DNA from: Promethearchaeota archaeon
GTDB taxonomy: Archaea; Asgardarchaeota; Lokiarchaeia; Sigyniarchaeales; SOKP01
NCBI GenBank assembly: GCA_030606485.1
Contig: JAUWGH010000001.1
Coordinates: 150,001-182,000 of the forward strand
DNA: 32,000 nt
Direction: 5' to 3'
Part shown: piece after piece, positions 1 to 9,074 of the stretch
How the letters are laid out: each line of letters begins with the position of its first letter
Numbering within the stretch: the first letter of the stretch is position 1
The notes under the pieces: model-generated
The model's input: only the letters and a program-made list of their open reading frames with translations
The model's database searches: none
Told to the model about the DNA's origin: nothing
Program-made: the position numbers and the translations under genes

Positions 1-227
1 ACAGGTGCTTTTTCAGTTATTACAACATCAATGGCTTGTGGACCCTTTTGTCCCTCTTCAATTGTGAACTCTACTTTATCTCCTTCATTTAATGTTTTAA
101 ATCTATTTTCTTCAGCTGAAATCGCAGTATAATGAACAAATACATCCTTTTCCTCCCCCTCATCTTCAAAAGTAATAAAACCATAGCCTTTTCGGCTATT
201 AAACCACTTTACAGTTCCATTTACCAT
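1..227 (-). CDS. cspA: Cold-shock domain protein (partial, runs off the left edge)
   Basis: Hand translation from ATG at 227: [76 protein letters not shown]. Contains RNP1 (KGYGFI) and RNP2 (VFVHY) CSD motifs. Not in the ORF track. Confidence 0.93.
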   Translation of the reverse strand, partial: MVNGTVKWFNSRKGYGFITFEDEGEEKDVFVHYTAISAEENRFKTLNEGDKVEFTIEEGQKGPQAIDVVITEKAP

Positions 228-413
228 TCTTAAAACCAAATATTAAATCTACTAACATTGTTCAAATTGAAACAATTAATTATTTGATGAACTTAGTAAT
301 ATTAAATTCTTTGTTATTTTAATAAATTAGATTAATGCATTATCTATTTTTTTTTTGGAAAAGAAATTTTAAAAATGAGTAGAATATTTAAAATTAGAAG
401 TATCATAAAATTT

Positions 414-929
414 TTACTGTTCACTTACTGGTTGTTCTTCTCTTCCATAAAATGAACTAGAACTTACAAATTTAAGTGTATCTTCTTCATCTTTTTTTAA
501 AATATATGAAGGTGAATCAATTCTTTTGCCATTGACTTCAATATGCCTATGTGTTATGAATTGCCTTGCTTGATAAATTGAATTAGCAAGACCTTTTTTA
601 AATACTAAAGTTTGAAGTCTTCTGTTTAAAATATCTTCAACAGTCATAAGTAAAAGATCTTCAAATTCAGCATTTTTCTCGATAATTCCCAAACGAATCA
701 GTTTATCCATTAAAACCCTTAATTCTTTTTTTTGTCTTTCTGGTGGAAGAGTTCTTATTTTTCTGGCAGTTCTTCTATAATTCCCTAATTGCGTTCGATG
801 TTTCCAAAATTCTCTTTTATTTCGGAGTCCATATTCTCCTAAATATCTTAATTCTTCTTCAATTCTTTGTTTTTGGAAGGGATGACTGGGCTTCTTATAT
901 TTTTTCTTTAATCTTCTTGGATCTCCCAT
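414..929 (-). CDS. rps4: 30S ribosomal protein uS4 (archaeal type)
   Basis: MGDPRRLKKKYKKPSHPF N-terminus, YGLRNKRE, RRLQTLVFKKGLANSIYQARQFITHRHI S4 domain. Confidence 0.97.
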   Translation of the reverse strand: MGDPRRLKKKYKKPSHPFQKQRIEEELRYLGEYGLRNKREFWKHRTQLGNYRRTARKIRTLPPERQKKELRVLMDKLIRLGIIEKNAEFEDLLLMTVEDILNRRLQTLVFKKGLANSIYQARQFITHRHIEVNGKRIDSPSYILKKDEEDTLKFVSSSSFYGREEQPVSEQ

Positions 930-946
930 TTATTTTCACTTTATTA

Positions 947-1441
947 TTAATATTTCTTTTCTAATTGTCGGCGAATTTTTTTTCGGATTACTCCCACGAC
1001 AAGACCCTTACGACCTGTAGAGCGTGTTCTCTGCCCTCTAACCTTCAGACCGAACCCATGCCTATAGCCTTTCCAAGATCTAAGTCTTCGCATTCTTTCA
1101 ATATCTCTTTTAACAGTTAATTCCAAACGAGGTCCTGTTATATGGAGATATTCACCAGTTCTTAAGTCTTTCTGTCTATTAACCATCCAATTGGGAATCC
1201 CATTTTTTATGGGGTCCTCAATTATTTCTTCGATTCTTTTAATATCTTTTTCAGAAATCAATCCTATTCTTATTGTTGGATCTATATTTGCAATTCTTAA
1301 GACTGCTTGCGAAAATCTTAGTCCAACACCTTTAATTTTCACTAATCCAAATCGGATCGGCAATGTACCATCTATATTAGTACGTAGTATTCTAATAATC
1401 TCTTTGAAAGTTTTTTGCTTTATTATAGTTTCTTGTGCCAT
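947..1441 (-). CDS. rps13: 30S ribosomal protein uS13
   Basis: IKGVGLRFS, NRQKDLRTG, SWKGYRHGFGLKVRGQRTRSTGR. Confidence 0.97.
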   Translation of the reverse strand: MAQETIIKQKTFKEIIRILRTNIDGTLPIRFGLVKIKGVGLRFSQAVLRIANIDPTIRIGLISEKDIKRIEEIIEDPIKNGIPNWMVNRQKDLRTGEYLHITGPRLELTVKRDIERMRRLRSWKGYRHGFGLKVRGQRTRSTGRKGLVVGVIRKKIRRQLEKKY

Positions 1442-1711
1442 TATATTATTAAATATAATAAGGAGATAATTATTAATTTTATGATTAAAAAAAAATACGC
1501 TAAATATTCTACTGTTTTAACTCTGAATAAAAAATTTTAATTTCTACAAATTAAAAATAATTATAAAATATTGCATATTCCTATACAAGGTAAATAAACT
1601 TTAAAGTATTAATGATTCAGCCATCTATTAACCAATACTTTATTAAATTATTTAGGAATGATAATTTTCGTTGAAAAATTGATTGAGTTTTAAATAAAGA
1701 CGATTTTTAAA

Positions 1712-4495
1712 ATGAAAACAAAAAGTAACATTTCAATGGGAACGAGTATAAATATTGAGCATAAAGGCATTGAAGAAATGTCTGAGTTGTTAAAATCCTC
1801 TTACTATTGTTATGATTGTAATCGTTGTATTAATATATGCCCTCTCTCTCCATTTGGATTGTTTTATCCAAGGCAATTAGTTAGAGATTTCTCTACTTAC
1901 TCAGTTGAAGTGGCAATTAATAACTCAAATATTTGGAGTTGTTTAACTTGTGGACTTTGTTCAGAATACTGTCCAATGTCTAAAGATAACGTTGGTGTTA
2001 ATTTTCTTGATATTATTTTGAAACTTCGGAATATTGCTACAGAAAATGACCCATTTCAAGAGGAAAAGCTTCAATGTACAACTCATGGTCGATTATATTC
2101 AAATTTACCGTATTTAATGGCTAATGATCAAATAGAATTAGTAAATAAAATTGGTTTTTTAGATAATACAGATTTAAAGATTGCTAAAAAAGGAGAAATA
2201 GCATATTTTATAGGTTGCTTGCCATTTATGAATGGAATATCACCGTGCACACAAGCTTGCCCTGCAAATATTGATGTTCAAGGATATATTACATTAATTA
2301 AAGAAGGAAGATTTCAAGAATCTCTCAATTTAATACGGGAAAGGAATCCCCTTCCAGGTGTATGTGGACGAATTTGCACACATCCATGTGAATTAAATTG
2401 TAATCGTAATACTATAGATAAGCCAATTGCCATCAGGGCATTAAAAAAATTTGTTGCTGATTGGGAAATAAAAAACCAACCCTTAAGTCAATTACAACCA
2501 TTTGAACAAACAAACGAACAAGTTGCTATTATTGGTTCGGGACCCGCTGGCTTAGCAGCAGCATATTTCCTCGCAAAGAAAGGATACAAACCAACAATAT
2601 TTGAAGCCAGCCCCTTTAAAGGAGGTATGTTGAGAGTTGGAATCCCAGAATATCGATTGCCTGATGACATTTTGGATTATGAAATTGAATTCATAGAAAA
2701 AAGTGGAGTCGAGATAAAAACAAATGTTCCAATAGGACCAGATTTGACATTTAAGAAATTAACAAATATGGGTTATAAAGCGATTTTTATATCAATAGGG
2801 CTCCAGAGTAGCCGAAGTATGAGACTCGAAGGTGAAGAATTAAATAATGTTATAGGAGGAATAAAATTTCTCAAAGATTTCAGACCTACAGATCAAGAAT
2901 CTAAAAAATCTACTGTGATAATAAAAGATAAAATTATTGGAGTAACGGGTGGTGGAAATGTTGCTATGGACTCAGCAAGAACTGCCGTAAGGTTAGGTGC
3001 AAAAAAAGTGATTATTATTTATCGACGTTCGGAAAAGGAAATGCCTGCAGCAGAAGAGGAAATTGAAATGGCAAAAGAAGAAAATATAGATTTTCAATTC
3101 TTAACTAATCCAGTAAAAATAATTGGAGATAAAAAAGGAAATGTTTCCAAAGTAGAATGTATCCGAATGAAACTTGGCGAACCAGATTCTTCAGGAAGGA
3201 GAAGACCTATTCAAATCGAAGGTTCTGAATTTAAAATGAAAATTGATGTGTTAATATTAGCAATAGGTCAAGAAGCTGATTATTTTCTCCTAAAGGCAGC
3301 TCAAAATGAGTTGATAATAAATAAAAGAGGTAGAATCCAAATTGATGACTCTACTTTAGAAACAAATATCCCTGGTGTTTTTGCTGGGGGAGATGTTACA
3401 GAAGGTCAAGGAATAGCAATTAGAGCAATAGCTAATGGATATGAAGCAGCAATTTCTATTGATCGATATCTAAGAGGGATTGATATAGGTGAAAACAGAT
3501 TTAAAAGAGAAGAATTTAAAACATCACCAATCCCTAAAAAGGAAGTCAATCTCGAAGAGAGAAATGATCTGCCTCTTATCCCAATAGAAGAAAGATGTAG
3601 CTCTTTTAATGAAGTTGAACTCGAATTTACCGAAGAAATTGCAATTCAAGAAGCAAATCGATGCTTAAATTGTAATAGTTGTTCTAACTGTGATATCCCT
3701 TATGAAAAAAATGATGATTCATTTAATAGTTCCCAAAAACCAAAACATTACTATGGAACATGTCAATTTCCACTCTACAATAACAATATTGATTATCTGA
3801 AAATTCCCAAAACAACTATTGGTATTTTAAACCTTAATAATATCACGCCGGTGGTTTTAGCTGATGAGAGATGTTGTGGACATGATTGTTATTGGACCGG
3901 AGATCTTGATACTTTCGAAAAATTGGCAAAATATAACATGAAATTATATAAAGATGCAGGAGTAAAAACCATAATATGCAGCTGTGCTGAAGGTTACTAT
4001 ATGTGGAAGTATGTATATAAAGACTTTTTTAAAGATGATAATGAATATAATTTTAAAGTATATCACATTAGCGAATACATACAAAAAGAAAGATTATTAG
4101 ATGATTTGAAACTATCTAATCAGGATAAAATTAAAATAACTTACCATGACCCCTGCAGACTTGGCAGATTGAGTAATGTTTATGATGCTCCCCGTGAGAT
4201 ATTAAATAATTTATCAAATGTTGAATTAATAGAAATGATAAATATTAGGCAAGATGCAAATTGTTGTGGAGTCTCTGCTTATATCTCTTGTAGTAATTAT
4301 TCAAAACTACTACAAGGTCAAAGAATTAATGAAGCTATTGATACAGGTGCCGAATATTTGATAGTAACATGCCCAAAATGTTTAACTCATTTTAATTGCT
4401 ATCTACAAGAAAATAGAGATTTAAGACTAAAAGTAATGGATTTAGTCTCTTTCCTTGGAATGATATATCGTGATAAGGAGATATTACTTCAATAA
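1712..4495 (+). CDS. Fe-S flavoprotein fusion: HdrC-like 2x[4Fe-4S] + GltD/NfnB-like FAD/NAD(P)H module + HdrD-like CCG domains
   Basis: CYDCNRCINICP and CLTCGLCSEYCP. GltD module: SPCTQACPA, NPLPGVCGRICTHPCE, GSGPAG, GGGNVAMDSAR, YRRS, AGGD. CCG motifs: ERCCGHD, CSCAEG, YHDPCRLGR, NCCG, TCPKC. Confidence 0.88.
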   Translation: MKTKSNISMGTSINIEHKGIEEMSELLKSSYYCYDCNRCINICPLSPFGLFYPRQLVRDFSTYSVEVAINNSNIWSCLTCGLCSEYCPMSKDNVGVNFLDIILKLRNIATENDPFQEEKLQCTTHGRLYSNLPYLMANDQIELVNKIGFLDNTDLKIAKKGEIAYFIGCLPFMNGISPCTQACPANIDVQGYITLIKEGRFQESLNLIRERNPLPGVCGRICTHPCELNCNRNTIDKPIAIRALKKFVADWEIKNQPLSQLQPFEQTNEQVAIIGSGPAGLAAAYFLAKKGYKPTIFEASPFKGGMLRVGIPEYRLPDDILDYEIEFIEKSGVEIKTNVPIGPDLTFKKLTNMGYKAIFISIGLQSSRSMRLEGEELNNVIGGIKFLKDFRPTDQESKKSTVIIKDKIIGVTGGGNVAMDSARTAVRLGAKKVIIIYRRSEKEMPAAEEEIEMAKEENIDFQFLTNPVKIIGDKKGNVSKVECIRMKLGEPDSSGRRRPIQIEGSEFKMKIDVLILAIGQEADYFLLKAAQNELIINKRGRIQIDDSTLETNIPGVFAGGDVTEGQGIAIRAIANGYEAAISIDRYLRGIDIGENRFKREEFKTSPIPKKEVNLEERNDLPLIPIEERCSSFNEVELEFTEEIAIQEANRCLNCNSCSNCDIPYEKNDDSFNSSQKPKHYYGTCQFPLYNNNIDYLKIPKTTIGILNLNNITPVVLADERCCGHDCYWTGDLDTFEKLAKYNMKLYKDAGVKTIICSCAEGYYMWKYVYKDFFKDDNEYNFKVYHISEYIQKERLLDDLKLSNQDKIKITYHDPCRLGRLSNVYDAPREILNNLSNVELIEMINIRQDANCCGVSAYISCSNYSKLLQGQRINEAIDTGAEYLIVTCPKCLTHFNCYLQENRDLRLKVMDLVSFLGMIYRDKEILLQ

Positions 4496-4563
4496 TAATT
4501 AGAGATTCCTGTAATAATAATAAGATAATTCAATATTTTTAATAATTCTTATCATAATTTTAT

Positions 4564-6018
4564 TTAATAATATTGAGGAATATGTTCTTTCTCCATTTTT
4601 ACCTTATCAATATGTTCAGTACAATTTTTTCTTTTCATTTTGGCAATTTTTAATAATAAGTTTAAACCGGGCTGAACATCTTGAAGATCTTTCCATTCGA
4701 CATAATTTTTATCGACTAATCCCTTAAAAATTTCCTTTCCAACTTTTGTTCTGACTAAAACAGTCGACCACCCTGCTGGGGACCCAATTGAGCCTATAGA
4801 AATATCAGCAGATTCTGATGTTAAATCATAACAATATTCGCAATCTTCTCTAGCTAGGGAAGTTATTTCTTTAATTGGGATATTTTTAGGTTCTCCATTT
4901 TTTGGATATATAAAAAATTTTCCTTTATTTATGTCCATTTTTTTTATATCATTAATTTCTACAGACAATCTTTTTGCAATTTCTAAAATACTCTCATATG
5001 GAAAGCTTTCCATACAAAAAATTCCAATTCTAAATTTAACTTTTTCCATATTAGGAGTTTTAAAATTATAAATATGAGATTTTAGTAATGCTTGCATCAT
5101 GCATGGCGTTCCAACTACAGCCAAGTTTTCACAATCTATATGCTGATTTAATAATTGCAAATTAGGATTATTTGCATATTTTGTACCTGAGGTTTTTTTA
5201 ATATCATCTTTATTTTTAATTAAAAGTGGTGTTGGCTTCCAAATTGTTTCACTCATACCAGCCCCAATTGCACCATCAATTTGCTGGGTATCAAATAAAT
5301 AATATAAAATAGAACTTGCAATTCCACCATCTTGGCAAATTTTGGATATCTCATCAACTTTTGTTTTTGCAGAATATGCTTCCAAATATTCTCCAATATC
5401 TGATTGATTTTTAAATTTATTTGAATTAGAGATATATATGTTTAAAATGTCTATTGGTAAGTATGACCTTGGACAAACTGTATAACATAACCCGCAACTA
5501 ATACATTTCTCATCATCAATAATACCAACGCCGTTATCAATTTTTATACAATCAACAGGACAAATTCCTTGACAAATTCCACAACCAGAACATATTTTTG
5601 AATCAAATATAACCTTGACAGGTTCATATATTGGTTTAACTTTAATAAAATCCTTATTTTTAATATTAAATTCTAATTCTGAAGTATTTTCATTTTTTTT
5701 AATTTCAATTAAATTTTCATATTTTAAAAGATAAGATAAGCTCAAGATCTTTTTTAAATCATGATTAAATTCTTTACTAAATTCTTTTAAATCTTTAATA
5801 GAAGCAATTTCTTTATTTTTTAAAAAATTAAAAAGAGAATATTTTAATTTGTCTTCATCGTACAATGTAAAAATGAAATCGTAATATTCCTCTTCTGAAT
5901 ATATTCCTGAATTTAAAATGTCTTCCTTAGAATCAATTAGATTTCTAAATCTATATGATTTCATAACATTTAATGCATCATTTAAAACATTCCTATTAAT
6001 ATTCTCTTGCACTTTCAT
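4564..6018 (-). CDS. Coenzyme F420 hydrogenase/dehydrogenase beta-subunit family (FrhB/FdhB-like) with a ferredoxin domain and an extra N-terminal domain
   Basis: CSGCGICQGICP and CISCGLCYTVCP, QDGGIAS, SGTKY, VGTPCMMQAL, IGIFCMESF, CEYCYDLTSESADISIGSIG. Confidence 0.9.
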   Translation of the reverse strand: MKVQENINRNVLNDALNVMKSYRFRNLIDSKEDILNSGIYSEEEYYDFIFTLYDEDKLKYSLFNFLKNKEIASIKDLKEFSKEFNHDLKKILSLSYLLKYENLIEIKKNENTSELEFNIKNKDFIKVKPIYEPVKVIFDSKICSGCGICQGICPVDCIKIDNGVGIIDDEKCISCGLCYTVCPRSYLPIDILNIYISNSNKFKNQSDIGEYLEAYSAKTKVDEISKICQDGGIASSILYYLFDTQQIDGAIGAGMSETIWKPTPLLIKNKDDIKKTSGTKYANNPNLQLLNQHIDCENLAVVGTPCMMQALLKSHIYNFKTPNMEKVKFRIGIFCMESFPYESILEIAKRLSVEINDIKKMDINKGKFFIYPKNGEPKNIPIKEITSLAREDCEYCYDLTSESADISIGSIGSPAGWSTVLVRTKVGKEIFKGLVDKNYVEWKDLQDVQPGLNLLLKIAKMKRKNCTEHIDKVKMEKEHIPQYY

Positions 6019-6071
6019 TTTTCTTCAAATTAAATATTTATTTATAAAATAATCCGAGATCCCTTGCAAGG

Positions 6072-6113
6072 AGAGTCACTTTATAACTAAAATTTTTTTA
6101 TAAAGGTCATTCT
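6072..6113 (-). promoter_or_regulatory. Candidate SECIS element (eukaryote-like GA-quartet hairpin)
   Basis: Minus strand reads AGA-AUGAC-CUUUAUAA-AAAAAUUUUAG-UUAUAAAG-UGAC-UCU: AUGA/UGA core, perfect 8-bp helix, A-rich apical loop, AGA/UCU lower helix. Lies directly 3' of a gene with two in-frame TGA. Confidence 0.75.
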
Positions 6114-6115
6114 AT

Positions 6116-6538
6116 TCAGATTTTTTTTGGTAAAGGAGGCAATTTTTTTAGTTTCTCTATTATATCAGTAGTAGCATTAAGAAAATTTTCCACCTCTGCA
6201 GCAGATACAAAATAATATTCAACTCTATTTTCAGATATTCCGATATGTTTGAAAAGTTTTTTTAAAAATTTAATATGCTTATATGTATTCATATTACCAT
6301 CTCCGAACTCACACTCATGCTCATGTCAACCTATTATTGCAACCCCATCTGCCCCACTGAGAAGTGATTCTATGATTATATCCAAACTTACACGTCCTGT
6401 ACATTTCACTCTTATTATATAGATATCAGATGAATATTGTTTTCTACAAGTACCGGTTAAATCTGCAGCTGCATAACCTCATTTTTCGCAAGCAAACATT
6501 ATAATTTTAGGATTTTGATTTATTATTTTACTTTCCAT
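6116..6538 (-). CDS. mvhD: Methyl-viologen-reducing hydrogenase delta subunit (MvhD/VhuD), selenoprotein with two Sec (U20, U71), 140 aa
   Basis: Hand translation: MESKIINQNPKIIMFACEK-U-GYAAADLTGTCRKQYSSDIYIIRVKCTGRVSLDIIIESLLSGADGVAIIG-U-HEHECEFGDGN...NRVEYYFVSAAEVENF. TGA at 6479-6481 and 6326-6328 align with the Cys of the CxxC and GCH motifs. GAGGGG RBS upstream. Confidence 0.92.
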
Positions 6539-6576
6539 TTTTTTTAAACCCCTCATTTTTTATTATTCACTTAGAT

Positions 6577-8550
6577 TTAAACTGTATCCTCTATAGAATA
6601 ATTATTTCCACAGATTCCATATATTTCACTTTTAAATTGATTATTCCTATAATATTTTAAATCTAATGCATTAGCTGGACAGACTGTTACACACAATCCA
6701 CATCCTTTACAGTTTAATTCATCTATTTCGGCTATACCATCTTCATTTACTTTAATAGCGTGATAGAAACATGATTTTTCACACCGGTGGCATCCCATAC
6801 ATAGATTCTGATCAACTTCCGGAATCATTAAATCCAGTCTTATTCTGCCTGATAATACTAGAGCCGATGCTTTACTCGCAGCTGCTAATGCAGTAGATAC
6901 GGAATATGGAATGTTTTTTGGACCTGCAGCACAACCACAAATATATATACCCCGTTTATTGGTCTCTTGAGGTGAAAGACATCCATGAATTTCTGATAAA
7001 AATCCATTTGGCCCTTTGTCCAATCCCAATACTTCAATGGCTTCTTTTGTTCCTTTTGATGGATTGATTCCGGTGGATAAAACAATTAAATCATATTCCA
7101 TCTCTTGAATGCCCAATGATTCTCTTAAAGAATCTTGCACCAAAAATTTCAAATTTTTTGTTATCGGATCTTCATACACTCGTGAAATATTACTCTTTAT
7201 AAAATTAACTCCTGCTTTCCTCGTTGTGGTATAATATTCTTCATTCCCTTTATCGGTAGCTCTAATATCAATGTAAAAAATTGTGATTTCTATATCTGGA
7301 TATTCTTGTTTTAAAAGTTGGGCATTTTTCATTGCAACCATACAACAAACACCCGAACAATATATATTAGCTTTTAAATTCCGTGATCCAACACACTGAA
7401 ACATAGCAACATTTTTAGGCGTTTTACAATCGGAAATTCTATGGACATGACCATCAGTTGGACCGATTGGACTTAACAATCTTTCCAATTCTATTTGGGT
7501 TATTACATTTGGATAGATGCCATAACCATACTCATTACTATCAATAATTGGATATTCATCCCAACCAGTTGCTATTATAACAGCCCCCACTTTAATATCG
7601 ATATATTCTGGCTGTTGTTCATAATCAATTGCTTCAGCAGGACAATTTGTTTCACAAAGTTTGCAGTCAATGCATACTTCTTTATCAATTAAAGCAAGAA
7701 TCGGGACTGCTTGTGGAAATGGAATATAAATTGAATGTCTCTGCCCAATTCCTCTATTAAATTCATCTGGCACATCTATTGGACATTTAGTGGTGCATAA
7801 ACCGCATCCCGTACATTTGTTTTCATCAACATATCTTGGTTTTTTAAGAATTTTTATTTCATAATTGCCAGCGAATCCACCAAATTCGACAACTTCACAG
7901 TATGTCATTAATTCAATATTTGGATGTTTTGATGCATTAACCATAATTGGTGCTAGTACTCATATTCCGCAATCATCTGTTGGAAATATTCGATCTAACT
8001 GTGCCATTCTACCGCCTATTGTTGGTTCTTTTTCAACTAGATATACCTTAATACCATGATTTGCTAAATCTAACGCAGCATTCATCCCGGCAATACCAGC
8101 TCCTATAACTAACGCCGATTTTTCAACGCTAAATTCTTTGATTGGCACAGTTTCTAAAAGACGCGCTCTATTAACTCCTGCACGAATTAAATTTTTTGCT
8201 TTTTGAGTCGCTTTTTCTTTATTTTCTTGATGTACAAAAGAACAATGTTCTCTTATATTTACCATTTGAAAATAATTTGGATTTAATCCGGACTCAGCAC
8301 ACAATGATTTGTATGTGGGTTCATGAATTTTTGGTGTTCATGACGCTACTACAACTCTATTTAAGTCCAACTCTTGAATATCATTTTTAATTATTTGTTG
8401 ACCTGGATCTGAACATGTGAATTTATTAATTTTAGTCACTACAATATTTGGTAATGTTTCTGCAAAGTCTCTTAATGCTTCACAATCTACGTAACCCCCT
8501 ATATTTACCCCTCACTCACAAACATAAACTCCAATGCGAACTTGTTCCAT
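6577..8550 (-). CDS. hdrA: Heterodisulfide reductase subunit A, selenoprotein with three Sec (U13, U71, U197), 657 aa
   Basis: One continuous frame from ATG 8550 with TGA at 8512-8514 (VYVCE-U-GVNIGG), 8338-8340 (VVAS-U-TPKIHE) and 7960-7962 (FPTDDCGI-U-VLAP), each where HdrA has a conserved Cys. Also GAGIAG, CVGSR, YCSGVCC and four ferredoxin motifs. Joins track ORFs 7960-8304 and 6577-7944. Confidence 0.93.
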
Positions 8551-8701
8551 AATACTCCCCTTAATTACTCACCTGTTTTTTTACTTTTAATAAATTAAAT
8601 AATGTAAATTATTTTTCTTTTAAAATTTGATTTAAAATAAAAATTGTAATTGAGAAAAAGAAGAATAAAATTTATTTTTATTGATTTATTTTTAATTAAC
8701 A

Positions 8702-8890
8702 ATGAGTTCAGAAGAAGATCCAATTGAAGCTTTTGTTAACAGATTTATGGAAAGGGAAAGCTTGAAAGGTAAAAAAAATAGGATCCTACTCCAATCGATT
8801 GCAAAAAAGGTAGGATTATTCGAAAATAAAATTAAAACCGCTTATCTTAGAGCAACTCTAAGCAAAAGAATTAATAATCAAAAAAAATAA
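8702..8890 (+). CDS. Small hypothetical protein (62 aa)
   Basis: ATG start, protein-like composition, fills the gap between hdrA and serS without overlap. No recognised motif. Confidence 0.55.
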   Translation: MSSEEDPIEAFVNRFMERESLKGKKNRILLQSIAKKVGLFENKIKTAYLRATLSKRINNQKK

Positions 8891-9074
8891 TTTTTTTTAT
8901 TACTATTTGTTCCTTAATAACTTATAAGATCAATATTTTTTTGTAAATGTTTTGGTTGATGAATAAATAAAAATAACTTATCAATAATTTACTACTAATA
9001 CTAATTATTATAATAAAGGAAAAAATTACATAAAAATTCATTAAGATATTGAAAATTGGGTCAATAACAAGAAA

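Noticed and set aside
6059-6072. CCTTGCAAGG palindrome as a terminator
   Set aside because: It is short, has no U-tract, and the co-oriented FrhB-like gene starts 40 nt later. Its function cannot be supported.
6539-6576. Second SECIS in the hdrA-mvhD spacer (contains ATGA)
   Set aside because: This ATGA is part of the GAGGGG RBS, and I found no complementary helix or partner GA.
6116-8550. hdrA/mvhD as pseudogenes with nonsense mutations
   Set aside because: All five internal stops are TGA, all fall on conserved Cys columns, there are no frameshifts, and a SECIS-like hairpin follows.
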